Shown here one piece after another: positions 1 through 9,060 of a stretch of DNA of 24,000 nt. The notes beneath the pieces are model-generated. The model had not been told where the DNA came from, made no database searches, and saw nothing but the letters and a program-made list of their open reading frames with translations. Source of the DNA: Orenia metallireducens (lineage in GTDB: Bacteria; Bacillota; Halanaerobiia; Halobacteroidales; Halobacteroidaceae); contig NZ_LWDV01000010.1 of assembly GCF_001693735.1 (NCBI RefSeq), forward strand, positions 468,552-492,551, in the 5' to 3' direction. Each line of letters begins with the position of its first letter. Position 1 is the first letter of the stretch. The position numbers and the translations under genes are program-made.

Positions 1-72
1 GTTAGAAATGCAGTATAAGATTCAAAAATAAACTCATCATATAAATAGAATATATTATAAAGGAGCTTATAA

Positions 73-1209
73 ATGAAAGCAGTTACTTATCAAGGTATTA
101 AAGATGTGAAGGTCAAAGAGGTTCCTAACGCTAAGCTTGAAAAGGATGACGATATTCTTATTAGACTAACTAGTACGGCAATCTGTGGTTCTGATTTACA
201 CCTTATTCATGGATTTATCCCAAATACACCTGAAGATTTTATTATTGGTCATGAACCAATGGGAATTGTAGAAGAGGTTGGTCCTGATGTACAGAAGGTT
301 AAAAAAGGTGATAGAGTAATTATCCCTTTTAATATCTCCTGTGGACATTGCTATTATTGTGAACATGGTCTAGAAAGCCAGTGTGATAACTCTAATCCCC
401 ATGGCGAGATTGGAGCTTATTTTGGTTACTCAGAAACCTTTGGTGGCTATGCAGGGGGACAAGCAGAGTTACTTAGAGTTCCTTATGGTAATTCAACCCC
501 TTTTGTTATACCAGAGGATGCTGAGCTAGAAGATGAAAAACTATTATTTTTATCAGATATCATCCCTACTGCTTATTGGGGAGTGGATAATGGGGGAGTT
601 AAAGAAGGTGACACAGTTGTAGTCTTAGGCTGTGGTCCTGTTGGGCTATTGACTCAGAAATTTGCTTGGTTAAAAGGAGCGAAAAGAGTTATAGCTGTAG
701 ATTATATCAGCTATCGCTTAGACCATGCTAAAAGGACTAATAATGTTGAAATCTTTGATTTTACTAAATACGAGAACATGGGAAGCCATATCAAAGAGAT
801 TACCCATGGGGGAGCCGATGTTGTAATTGATTGTGTAGGGCTTGATGGAAAGATGACAACACTAGAGATGGTTAAATCAGCCCTAAAGATTCAAGGGGGT
901 ACGTTAAGTCCAATCTTAATTGCTAGTCAAGCAGTCCGTAAAGGTGGCACAATCCAATTAGTTGGTGTTTATGCTAGTAGATATAACGCCTTTCCTTTAG
1001 GAGATTTATTTGCTAGAAATATTACTTTAAAAATGGGACAAGCTCCTGTAATTCATTATATGCCAGAGCTTTATCAGATGATTAAAGAAGGAAAATTTGA
1101 TCCTACAGATATTATCACCCATAAGATACCTTTAGCAGAAGCTGAATATGGTTATGAGATTTTTGATCAAAAACAAGATGAATGTATTAAAGTAATATTG
1201 CAGCCTTAA
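73..1209 (+). CDS. Zinc-dependent alcohol dehydrogenase family protein (MDR superfamily, formaldehyde/threonine dehydrogenase-like)
   Basis: 378-aa ORF with SD AAAGGAG upstream. Catalytic-Zn motifs CGSDLH and GHEPMG, structural-Zn Cys cluster CGHCYYCEHGLESQC, Rossmann motif GCGPVGL. Confidence 0.85.
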   Translation: MKAVTYQGIKDVKVKEVPNAKLEKDDDILIRLTSTAICGSDLHLIHGFIPNTPEDFIIGHEPMGIVEEVGPDVQKVKKGDRVIIPFNISCGHCYYCEHGLESQCDNSNPHGEIGAYFGYSETFGGYAGGQAELLRVPYGNSTPFVIPEDAELEDEKLLFLSDIIPTAYWGVDNGGVKEGDTVVVLGCGPVGLLTQKFAWLKGAKRVIAVDYISYRLDHAKRTNNVEIFDFTKYENMGSHIKEITHGGADVVIDCVGLDGKMTTLEMVKSALKIQGGTLSPILIASQAVRKGGTIQLVGVYASRYNAFPLGDLFARNITLKMGQAPVIHYMPELYQMIKEGKFDPTDIITHKIPLAEAEYGYEIFDQKQDECIKVILQP

Positions 1210-1284
1210 TCAAAATAAAATAATGAGTGTTGAGTGATAAGTAACTAGTATAAACTTTATATACTGTTCACTCTTCACTTATTA

Positions 1285-2082
1285 TTACCTCTTATATTTA
1301 TTATATTTTCTCTGTTTATAACAATAAACATCAAAGGGGTGCCATAACAAGTTAAAGAACATATGTGCTATCATAGCTGCCATCAATCCTCTCCACCAGA
1401 ATAGTACTCCAAAAATTAGAGATGCTATAATATTAGAAAAAAAAACTAATCCTATAAAGGCTTTAGTTATTTCACAACCTTTTCTAAAGTATATTAATAA
1501 TCTTACTAGCCCTGACATTACTCCTAGAATAGCTATAGCAATCAAACGTATATAATTATTTATACTCCCTAAATAAATATTAAATAGCCAAATAATTAAA
1601 CTTAACAGCCCCCATCTCATTATAATCTCTGCTATCATTCCATCATAAATTATTCTCCCAGATAAGTATCTCTTCATTCGCAAATCTTCCATAGTAGCTA
1701 TACTCTCTTTATTAACCTTTAATCTAAGAAATATGTAATAAAAATATATAAAGACTATTGCTCCTATAATTCCAAAGAGAGAAGCATAAAATAATTCTAT
1801 TTTTAATACCTGCCATAAATTCTCCTTCTTTATTATAGCAATAAAAACTGGTGCATTAGATTTAATAATAGGATGTAACAATACACCTATTGCTGTAAAG
1901 ATACTAACTATAAGTATATTCTTTAGAATAGAATATATAGTTGAAAAGAAGCTAATTAAAAACCTCTTTAGCCAAGAACCTTGGCTATCTACTGGTTCCC
2001 CTCTTAAAAATACTGGTGTATTAATAAGAATTCCTGGAATAGATATAAATAAAATACTCAAAAATAAATACCAATTAAACAT
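1285..2082 (-). CDS. Polytopic membrane protein, possibly CPBP (CAAX protease-like) family
   Basis: 265-aa highly hydrophobic ORF with SD AAAGGGGA. ExxxR-like motif (AEIIMR) and C-terminal HxxxN motif (HMFFN) resemble CPBP motifs 1 and 3. Motif 2 (FxxxH) is not evident. Confidence 0.4.
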   Translation of the reverse strand: MFNWYLFLSILFISIPGILINTPVFLRGEPVDSQGSWLKRFLISFFSTIYSILKNILIVSIFTAIGVLLHPIIKSNAPVFIAIIKKENLWQVLKIELFYASLFGIIGAIVFIYFYYIFLRLKVNKESIATMEDLRMKRYLSGRIIYDGMIAEIIMRWGLLSLIIWLFNIYLGSINNYIRLIAIAILGVMSGLVRLLIYFRKGCEITKAFIGLVFFSNIIASLIFGVLFWWRGLMAAMIAHMFFNLLWHPFDVYCYKQRKYNKYKR

Positions 2083-2371
2083 AATATTCCCCTTTCAACT
2101 AAAATAATTAAAATTTATAAATAAAATTCAAAATATTATAAGAAATTAGTTAAAAATAAAATTATAATTAATTATGAAGTCATACCTTCACTCTTCATAT
2201 ATACTTAAAAGAATAAAATATTAAAACTAAATATAAATATTTCTAAAAATAAAAGTCCTCTTACATCATTAAGAACACTAAAATCAATAAATGAATTAAA
2301 TTTTCTACTTCATTCTTTTTAACTTCAGTGCATATACTATTATAATGGCAAGTAAGAAAGGTGGTGAAAAG

Positions 2372-3013
2372 ATGTATCATAAACCCTATTACTTGAGTAA
2401 CCAAGATGAAACTAAGGCTTATATTAGAATTCTTCATGCTTCTCCTAATGCTCCTGCTGTAGACATTTATGCTAATAATGATTTAATTGCAGAAAATTTG
2501 AAGTATGGAGAATTTACTGACTATATATCAGTGATGACAGGTCGTTACAACATTAAAGTATATCCTGCTAATAAAAAGCAGGACCCTATTATAGATACTT
2601 CTCTTAATGTCATATCTAATACTATTACTACTGTAGCTGTTATAGGAGAATTTCCTAATATCAGCTTGCTTCCAATTGAGGACCCCCGTATCCCTATCCG
2701 CCCTAATAGAGCATATATTAGAGTAGTTCACCTATCTCCCAATGCCCCTAATATAAATGTTAGCCAAGAAAATGATATGCTCTTATTTAAAAGTGTTGCC
2801 TATAAAGAAGCAACCGATTACCTATCTTTACGGCCAGTAACCTATAACTTCAAAGTAAAACCTATAGGAAGTAATAAGACCATTCTATATGTCCCTAATG
2901 CAAAGCTGACAAGAGATCGTTTCTATACACTATATATCATCGGCTTAGTAGGAGATACTCCACCATTACAAATGCTAATTCCTTTGGATGGAAATTCCTA
3001 TCTAAATTTTTAA
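2372..3013 (+). CDS. DUF4397 domain-containing protein
   Basis: Two tandem repeats with the DUF4397 signature (IRILHASPNAPAVDIY and IRVVHLSPNAPNINV). The second ATG (2372) is preferred over 2345 because GGTGGTGA lies 5 nt upstream. No obvious signal peptide. Confidence 0.7.
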   Translation: MYHKPYYLSNQDETKAYIRILHASPNAPAVDIYANNDLIAENLKYGEFTDYISVMTGRYNIKVYPANKKQDPIIDTSLNVISNTITTVAVIGEFPNISLLPIEDPRIPIRPNRAYIRVVHLSPNAPNINVSQENDMLLFKSVAYKEATDYLSLRPVTYNFKVKPIGSNKTILYVPNAKLTRDRFYTLYIIGLVGDTPPLQMLIPLDGNSYLNF

Positions 3014-3139
3014 TTACTAGTTATCTTAATATTGATAGAAATAACAGGTGATAAACTAAGCTATTTACTGGTTACTAAAGTATCTGATGCACTATTCCAT
3101 TAATTTTTATATTAGCAGAGATAAATTTAATGGTAATAT

Positions 3140-3186
3140 AAAGAAAGCTCCAAACTGAGAATTTATCTCAATTTGGAGCTTTCTTT
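3140..3186. terminator. Bidirectional rho-independent terminator between convergent genes
   Basis: Perfect 15-bp arms AAAGAAAGCTCCAAA / TTTGGAGCTTTCTTT, with an inner TGAGA/TCTCA extension. A/T runs on both sides serve the DUF4397 (+) and flavin reductase (-) genes. Confidence 0.7.
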
Positions 3187-3193
3187 ATAGCTT

Positions 3194-3697
3194 CTATTCA
3201 TCTAAGTAGGTTCCTACAATTTCCCCAAAATAGAGTATGTGATAATCTTTTTGAGGATACCACTTTTTATCATATTCAACATTTAATTCATCGGGATTCA
3301 TTACCTGTTTAAACTTAATCTTGCATTCGTAATGAAGATCACAACCTTTAATAATGGGAGTATCAACCTCTTGACCTGCTTGAATTGATAGATCACATTC
3401 CTCAAATTTATCATAATCTTTCCCTGATTTAGTTCCACAGAACTTTAGTTCTTCTTTAAGTTGATCTTTCAGCGGGATACTTACAGTAAATTCATCACTC
3501 TTCTCTATTAGCTTATATGTATAGCGAGAATCCCTAACCATTACCATAAAGACTGGTTTTCCCCAACAATAACCGATGCTTCCCCAACCAATAGTCATAG
3601 TGTTGACCTTATCACCAGTTTTCACTGTCAAAAAGGCTCCTTTACTTAAAGCCTCGGTAGCTTCTTGGATATACTCATCATAAGCAATCTTCTTCAA
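3194..3697 (-). CDS. Flavin reductase-like FMN-binding domain protein
   Basis: 167-aa ORF with a TTG start preceded by GGAGGGG. The N-terminal pattern (GAFLTV...NTMTIGWGSIG...PVFMVMVRDSRYTY) is typical of the flavin reductase-like/split-barrel family. Confidence 0.7.
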   Translation of the reverse strand: MKKIAYDEYIQEATEALSKGAFLTVKTGDKVNTMTIGWGSIGYCWGKPVFMVMVRDSRYTYKLIEKSDEFTVSIPLKDQLKEELKFCGTKSGKDYDKFEECDLSIQAGQEVDTPIIKGCDLHYECKIKFKQVMNPDELNVEYDKKWYPQKDYHILYFGEIVGTYLDE

Positions 3698-3752
3698 AAT
3701 AACCCCTCCAATCTATTACCGGTTATTAAATATATATTCTTTAAAAGTAACC

Positions 3753-3941
3753 TTATTCTTTCATTTCTGATAACTGCTTCCCAGCAACTCCAACATTCTC
3801 GGCTGGATTCTCTTTAATCAAAACAGAAAAAGCTCTCTCTGGTATCTCAGTAATCTCACTTGCCTTGTTAGTAAATTCAGCAATCAACTTTGCTTTCTGT
3901 TCTTTAGTTAACTCTGGTCCCTCCATAGTGATAATTGGCAT
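3753..3941 (-). CDS. 4-oxalocrotonate tautomerase family protein
   Basis: 62-aa ORF beginning MPIITMEG (catalytic Pro1 after Met removal). Length and beta-alpha-beta pattern match the tautomerase superfamily. SD AAAGGATGA. Confidence 0.8.
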   Translation of the reverse strand: MPIITMEGPELTKEQKAKLIAEFTNKASEITEIPERAFSVLIKENPAENVGVAGKQLSEMKE

Positions 3942-4028
3942 ACTTAATCATCCTTTCTTTCTTATATATAATTAACTTTATTATATCAATTTATTTCTGA
4001 TTATTAAAATACAATTATAATTTAGATA

Positions 4029-4090
4029 GATATTACGTCACTTTTAAATCTCAACTATACACTTAGGTAAAAGTATCGCAATATACCCAT
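4029..4090. repeat. Minimal copy of a MITE-like intergenic repeat family (terminal inverted repeats only)
   Basis: GATATTACGTCACTTTTAA (4029-4047) faces TAAAAGTATCGCAATATAC (4068-4086). The right flank ATATACCCAT is identical to the copy at 13084-13093. The termini match those of the elements at 7464-7621 and 12970-13093. Confidence 0.55.
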
Positions 4091-4140
4091 TAAGCCTTAC
4101 TTTGAACTTTATTGAAAATCCATCTTAACTTCAAAAAAAT

Positions 4141-4181
4141 AAAAACTCCACTGTTACCAACAAGGTAACAGTGGAGTTTTT
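4141..4181 (-). terminator. Rho-independent terminator downstream of the Na/Pi cotransporter gene
   Basis: 14-bp perfect stem ACTCCACTGTTACC / GGTAACAGTGGAGT with a 5-nt loop, flanked by A5 and T5 runs. Confidence 0.75.
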
Positions 4182-4191
4182 AAATTATCCT

Positions 4192-5835
4192 TTATCTCTT
4201 CTCAATAAAACTATGGGCAATATCAGCAGATTGATCACTGATATGCTCTAATTTTTCAAGAGTTTCTAAATAGACAATAGCAGCACCTGGTAAACATGAA
4301 CCCTGATTTAATCTCTTCATATGTTCTTCACGATATTCTCTTTGTAAATCATCTACATATTGCTCTGCCTGAATCAATTCAGTAGCCAATGAAACATTCT
4401 CTTTCTCAATCAATTCATAAGTTTTAGCTAAGATATCTAGTGAGATATCAAAGATATTTTGAATGCTCTCTCTAGCATCTTCAGAGAATTGATTCTTATT
4501 ATTTAAATGCTCAATAAGCAATTTAGATAATGAGTCTGCATCATCACCGACACTTTCAATAGCATCTATAATAATAAAGTACATATCGATTGTTTTAATA
4601 TCCTCTTCTGATAAGTTAGCTTGAGGTATCTTAGTTAAGAATACCAATAACTCCTCTTCTAACTCATTAATAATCTCCTCTTTCTTACGAACAGCATCTA
4701 TTAAGTCTTTATCTTCATTTAAGAAAGCTTCCTTAGCATCTCTAACCATATCAGTAGATATCTCTAACATACGAGCCACTTCACGCTTTAATTGCTCAAC
4801 TGCTACACTAGGAGTCTCTAACATTCTTTCATCAAGATAGCTTAAGCCGCGTTTAATATCATTATCTTCACCTGGAACGATATAATTTACAATTTTAACA
4901 ATAAACCCTACAAAAGGTAACCAGATAATTGCATTAATAATGTTAAAAGCCGAATGGGTGTTAGCAATCATTCTAACTGCATTAACCTCATGACCAGCAC
5001 TTAAAGCTCTGTTAGTAAAGAAGTTCTCTAAAATCCCAGTAAAGTTTGGAATAATATATAAGACTATTAAAAAGACAAGAGAACCAATTACATTAAATAC
5101 TGTATGGGCTGCAGCAGCACGCTTAGCATTGCGATTAGTCCCAATACTTGATAATATCGCCGTAATAGTAGTACCAATATTATCTCCTAATAGAATCGGT
5201 ACAGCAGCATGATAATCTAATACCCCTACAGATAATAAACTGATTAAGATACCGATACTAGCACTACTACTTTGTACTAATACAGTCATCACAGTTCCTA
5301 CTAAAACACCTAAAATAGGACTATGGCTAAAGGTTCTCATCCAATGAACAAAAGCCTCAGACTTTCTCAATGGTTTCATTGTATCCTTCATGATTGTCAT
5401 TCCTAAAAATAAGATACCAAAGCCTAAAAGAACTTGTCCTAAATGCTTAAGTTTATCATTCTTACTAAATAAGTATAATACAGCACCAATAGCGATTGCA
5501 TGTAATGAATAATGGCTTAATTTAAAAGAAATTAATTGTGCTGTAATAGTTGTCCCAATATTAGCACCAAAAATTACCCCAATAGACTGTTTTAAAGTCA
5601 TTAAACCTGCATTAACAAAACCAACTACCATTACCGTAGTAGCACTACTACTTTGAATAATAGCTGTTACTCCAGTCCCCACTAGTAAACCAGCTATACG
5701 ATTAGTAGTCAATAACCCTATTAATTGCTTTAATTTGTTACCAGCAGACTTTTGTAAGCCATCTCCCATCTGCTTCATTCCATAAATAAAAAGCCCCAAA
5801 CCACCTAATAAAGAAAATACCATATCTAACGACAA
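4192..5835 (-). CDS. Na/Pi cotransporter family protein with C-terminal PhoU-like domain
   Basis: Duplicated Na/Pi cotransporter motifs (GGLGLFIYGMKQMGDGLQ; QSSSATT / QSSSASI; GANIGTT / GDNIGTT) and a C-terminal helical PhoU-like region. The ORF track starts at TTG 5892. I prefer TTG 5835 (AAGGAGAG 6 nt upstream); ATG 5823 is also possible. Confidence 0.85.
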   Translation of the reverse strand: MSLDMVFSLLGGLGLFIYGMKQMGDGLQKSAGNKLKQLIGLLTTNRIAGLLVGTGVTAIIQSSSATTVMVVGFVNAGLMTLKQSIGVIFGANIGTTITAQLISFKLSHYSLHAIAIGAVLYLFSKNDKLKHLGQVLLGFGILFLGMTIMKDTMKPLRKSEAFVHWMRTFSHSPILGVLVGTVMTVLVQSSSASIGILISLLSVGVLDYHAAVPILLGDNIGTTITAILSSIGTNRNAKRAAAAHTVFNVIGSLVFLIVLYIIPNFTGILENFFTNRALSAGHEVNAVRMIANTHSAFNIINAIIWLPFVGFIVKIVNYIVPGEDNDIKRGLSYLDERMLETPSVAVEQLKREVARMLEISTDMVRDAKEAFLNEDKDLIDAVRKKEEIINELEEELLVFLTKIPQANLSEEDIKTIDMYFIIIDAIESVGDDADSLSKLLIEHLNNKNQFSEDARESIQNIFDISLDILAKTYELIEKENVSLATELIQAEQYVDDLQREYREEHMKRLNQGSCLPGAAIVYLETLEKLEHISDQSADIAHSFIEKR

Positions 5836-6142
5836 GTAAATCTCTCCTTCCCCAAAATTAAATTCTAAAGGTACAAAATAAATAAGTCCCAAACAAGTTT
5901 ACTTTTCGACATCAATTTACAAAATCCCTTTATATTTATTTCAAAAGATTTATAACAAAGTAGAAATTGTCCATTATAAATCTTTAAAATCACAAATAAA
6001 AGCATATGTACTATGATAAGTTGCTATAATAACTTTATAAATAAAATTAATTTTTATAAATACATACCATCTATTATTATATCATTTTTTGAATTTGGGT
6101 CAAGCTAATCAAATTTAATTAATGCTAGTAATTTAACTAATT

Positions 6143-6170
6143 AAAAAAAAGGCAACTCTAAAGTTGCCTT
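6143..6170 (-). terminator. Rho-independent terminator downstream of aroF
   Basis: Stem AAGGCAACT / AGTTGCCTT followed on the minus strand by a T8 run. Confidence 0.7.
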
Positions 6171-6187
6171 GAATATAAGTTTGAAAT

Positions 6188-7000
6188 TTACACTACTAAC
6201 CTTTTATCTACAGCCTTAGCTACTCTATTAAGCTCTTTTATCATCTTAGCAAAATCTTCAGGTTTTAAAGACTGTTCTCCATCACACAGAGCTTCTTCAG
6301 GATATGGGTGCATCTCAACTATGATACCATCAGCTCCAGCCGTAATTCCTGCTTTGGCTAAAGGAGCCACTAAACTTCGTTTTCCAGTCCCATGGCTTGG
6401 ATCTATAATTATTGGTAGATCAGTCATCTCCTTAATCCAAGCTATAGCATTTAAATCTAATGTATTTCTAGTAGCAGTTTCAAAGGTTCTAATTCCTCTT
6501 TCACAGAGAATAACCTGAGAGTTACCATGAGCAATAATATATTCTGCTGCTAAGATCCACTCTTTAATTGTTGCTGAGTAGCCTCTTTTTAATAAAATGG
6601 GCTTATCTAATCTTCCTAGTTTCTTTAACAGACCATAATTTTGCATATTGCGTGAACCTATCTGTATAATATCAGCATAATTATTAACTAGTTCTATATC
6701 ATCAGAGTCCATTAATTCCGTTACAACCTTAAGTCCAGTCTCTTCTCTAGCCTCTGCTAATAATTTCAAGCCTTCTTCACCTAGTCCTTGGAAACTGTAA
6801 GGGGATGTCCGTGGTTTAAAAGCCCCTCCCCGTAAAATATGACCACCATACTCTTTAACATATCTAGCTGCCTCCAATAGCTGTTCTCTACTCTCTACAG
6901 CACAAGGACCAGCCATAATTACTAGCTCATCGCCACCAATTTTAATATCCCCTACCTGCACAACCTTTTGATGCTTCTCCACTTCTACACTACTTAGCAT
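6188..7000 (-). CDS. aroF: 3-deoxy-7-phosphoheptulonate (DAHP) synthase, type I-beta
   Basis: Signature [13 protein letters not shown], plus [14 protein letters not shown] and DPSHGTG. No fused chorismate mutase domain. The ORF track uses GTG 7009. ATG 7000 has better SD spacing (GGAGAG + 8 nt). Confidence 0.85.
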   Translation of the reverse strand: MLSSVEVEKHQKVVQVGDIKIGGDELVIMAGPCAVESREQLLEAARYVKEYGGHILRGGAFKPRTSPYSFQGLGEEGLKLLAEAREETGLKVVTELMDSDDIELVNNYADIIQIGSRNMQNYGLLKKLGRLDKPILLKRGYSATIKEWILAAEYIIAHGNSQVILCERGIRTFETATRNTLDLNAIAWIKEMTDLPIIIDPSHGTGKRSLVAPLAKAGITAGADGIIVEMHPYPEEALCDGEQSLKPEDFAKMIKELNRVAKAVDKRLVV

Positions 7001-7049
7001 TTTATCCACTCTCCTTTTTAATATTTGTCACTTCTCACTACTCATCTAC

Positions 7050-7357
7050 CAAAATATAAAAAGCCCACCTTGTCATCCCTATATTTAGGACGAAACAAGG
7101 CAGGCTTGAATTTCGTGGTACCACCCTAATTGGACTATAATTATAGTCCCACTAGTTTCAATAACGACAGAAATGCCGGTATAACTTACTAAAAGATTCA
7201 GCTATACAGCTCCAGAGCGAAATTTCACTTAATGACCTTTAGAGATGCTTACAGCCGGTGACATCTCCTCTCTGTAAAGGCTACCATCAACTTACTTAAC
7301 TCCTTCATAGCTTTTAACAATATTTTATTTAAAGCATTGCTTAGGTTTCATCTTATT
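7050..7357 (-). promoter_or_regulatory. T-box riboswitch leader (probable Phe specifier UUC) controlling aroF
   Basis: On the minus strand: stem I with AGAGA and an S-turn AGTGA; F-box-like CGTTA; stem III as the perfect palindrome GGACTATAATTATAGTCC. The T-box core AATTAGGGTGGTACCACG (7114-7131) follows. The terminator AAGCCTGCCTTGT...ACAAGGTGGGCTT (7061-7107) is followed by TTTTTATATTTT. Specifier loop AGTGAAAT-TTC-G (TTC at 7219-7221). Confidence 0.8.
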
Positions 7358-7364
7358 TTTAACA

Positions 7365-7393
7365 ATTGTAACAATTATTTATATTGTTGTCAA
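7365..7393 (-). promoter_or_regulatory. Sigma-A type promoter for the T-box leader/aroF
   Basis: Minus strand reads TTGACA (7388-7393), a 17-nt spacer, then TACAAT (7365-7370), immediately upstream of T-box stem I. Confidence 0.6.
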
Positions 7394-7463
7394 GAAAATT
7401 TAATATCTTTTATTATATTAAATTGTTAGACTTATTAAATTTTAACATAGTAATTGTCTGGTA

Positions 7464-7621
7464 ATGGGGATATTGCGACACTTTTACTTTTGCAAAACTC
7501 CCCTCTTTTGGGTAGAAGAGAGGGGTTGGGGGTGAGTTCGAGCCTTTAAAATATCACAACGCCCCCTGACCCCCTCTTACTCTAAGAGGGGGAACTTAGA
7601 GTTCAAAAGTGTCGCATTATC
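7464..7621. repeat. MITE-like GC-rich intergenic repeat element (largest, composite copy)
   Basis: 17-bp terminal inverted repeats GATATTGCGACACTTTT (7469-7485) and AAAAGTGTCGCATTATC (7605-7621), 16/17 complementary. Internal G/C-clamped hairpins at 7500-7525 and 7570-7592 (perfect 10-bp stem). 15-nt module CACAACGCCCCCTGA (7555-7569) is identical to 12988-13002. No ORF. Confidence 0.7.
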
Positions 7622-7704
7622 TATCTATTATCTCAATTTATATATCATCAAAAGGTATGATATCATATGACGAATACTTTTAATCTGTGATAAACCCAAC
7701 TTAT

Positions 7705-9060
7705 TTATTCAGTTACATCTACTATTGATTCATAAATTATCTCTAGCATCTCACTTAATTCCTCTTCTGTACTACATAATGGCGGCATAAAGACTACTAC
7801 ATTACCCAATGGTCTAATAATCATCCCTTTCTCTCTGGCTGCCATACAGACCTTGACCCCTTTTCTCTCTTCCCAAGGGTACTCTTCTTTACTCTCTTTA
7901 TCTTTAACCAACTCTATCCCTATCATTAGACCTCTTTGACGAATATCTCCTACATGCTTTAATTCTTTAAAAGCCTCTAATTTATCTTGAGCTAGCTTGA
8001 TTTTATTCTGCATCTTTTCGATTATCTCTTCTTTCTCAAATAAATCTATATTAGCTAAAGATACTGCTGCTGCCAAAGGATTTCCTGTAAAGGAGTGCCC
8101 ATGAAAGAAGGTCTTCTGGGTAGCATAATCATCATAGAAAGCATAATAAATTTCATCAGTAGTTAAAGTAGCTGAAATAGGTAAGTAACCTCCACTAATT
8201 CCTTTGGCTACTGTCATAATATCTGGACTAACCTCTTCATGCTCACAAGCAAACATCTTACCTGTTCTCCCAAAACCTACAGCAACTTCATCAGCTAACA
8301 TCAAGATATTGTACTTATCACATAACTCTCTAGCTTTACTTAGGTACCCTTTAGGAGCTGTAATCATTCCACCTGCTCCCTGTACTAGTGGCTCAATCAC
8401 AAAGGCTGCTATCTCTTCATGGCGACTTCTCATCATGTTTTCTAACTCTTTAATACAGCTAAAGTTACATTCGCCCTCTTCTTCACCAAAGCTACAGCGA
8501 TAACAGTAGGGTGATGGTGCTTTAAGACTATCAAAGAGTAATGGTCGATAAATTTTATGGAAGAGATCAACTCCCCCTACACTGACAGAACCCACTGTAT
8601 CACCATGATAAGCATTCCTTAAAGTAATAAATTTATCCTTGGATCCATAAACCCCATCAATCTGTTGCCAATATTGAAAAGCCATCTTCAGACCAATTTC
8701 TACTGCTGTCGAACCACTATCAGAGTAAAATACCTTATTCAATCCTGCCGGAGTGATCTCAACGAGCTTCTCAGCCAATTCTGTAGCAGGAACATTAGCC
8801 AAGCCTAGCATAGTGGTATGGGAAATCTTCTCTAACTGCTCTTTAATGGCATCATTTAACTCCTTCTTCTGATGCCCATGTACATTTAACCAGATAGAAG
8901 AGACACCATCATAATAAGAGTTGCCTTCAGTATCATAGAGTTTAATCCCCTCTCCCCGCTCTATAATCAATTGCTCATTCTCTACCCATTCTTTCATCTG
9001 GGTAAAAGGCTGCCAGACATACTTCTTATTTTTTTCTAATAACGATAATTCTTCTCTCAT
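7705..9060 (-). CDS. bioA: Adenosylmethionine-8-amino-7-oxononanoate aminotransferase
   Basis: 451-aa class-III aminotransferase. Start pattern (VWQPFTQMK), DEVAVGFGRTGKMFA motif, and PLP-Lys context TVAKGISGGYLP. Lies in the bio cluster. SD AAGGGAGGAG. Confidence 0.9.
   Translation of the reverse strand: MREELSLLEKNKKYVWQPFTQMKEWVENEQLIIERGEGIKLYDTEGNSYYDGVSSIWLNVHGHQKKELNDAIKEQLEKISHTTMLGLANVPATELAEKLVEITPAGLNKVFYSDSGSTAVEIGLKMAFQYWQQIDGVYGSKDKFITLRNAYHGDTVGSVSVGGVDLFHKIYRPLLFDSLKAPSPYCYRCSFGEEEGECNFSCIKELENMMRSRHEEIAAFVIEPLVQGAGGMITAPKGYLSKARELCDKYNILMLADEVAVGFGRTGKMFACEHEEVSPDIMTVAKGISGGYLPISATLTTDEIYYAFYDDYATQKTFFHGHSFTGNPLAAAVSLANIDLFEKEEIIEKMQNKIKLAQDKLEAFKELKHVGDIRQRGLMIGIELVKDKESKEEYPWEERKGVKVCMAAREKGMIIRPLGNVVVFMPPLCSTEEELSEMLEIIYESIVDVTE

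Noticed and set aside
6321-6518. 65-aa plus-strand ORF inside aroF. Similar antisense ORFs occur at 2528-2731, 8204-8503, 13298-13552, 15894-16175, 19669-19851 and 20476-20658.
   Set aside because: All lie entirely antisense to well-supported genes and lack SD sequences. Their low-complexity composition is typical of shadow ORFs.
7526-7545. GGGGGTGAGTTCGAGCC inside the repeat element resembles a tRNA T-arm (GGTTCGAnTCC).
   Set aside because: No acceptor stem, D-arm or anticodon arm can be drawn around it. The equivalent segment in the second copy (GGATGAATTCGATAT) has lost the resemblance.
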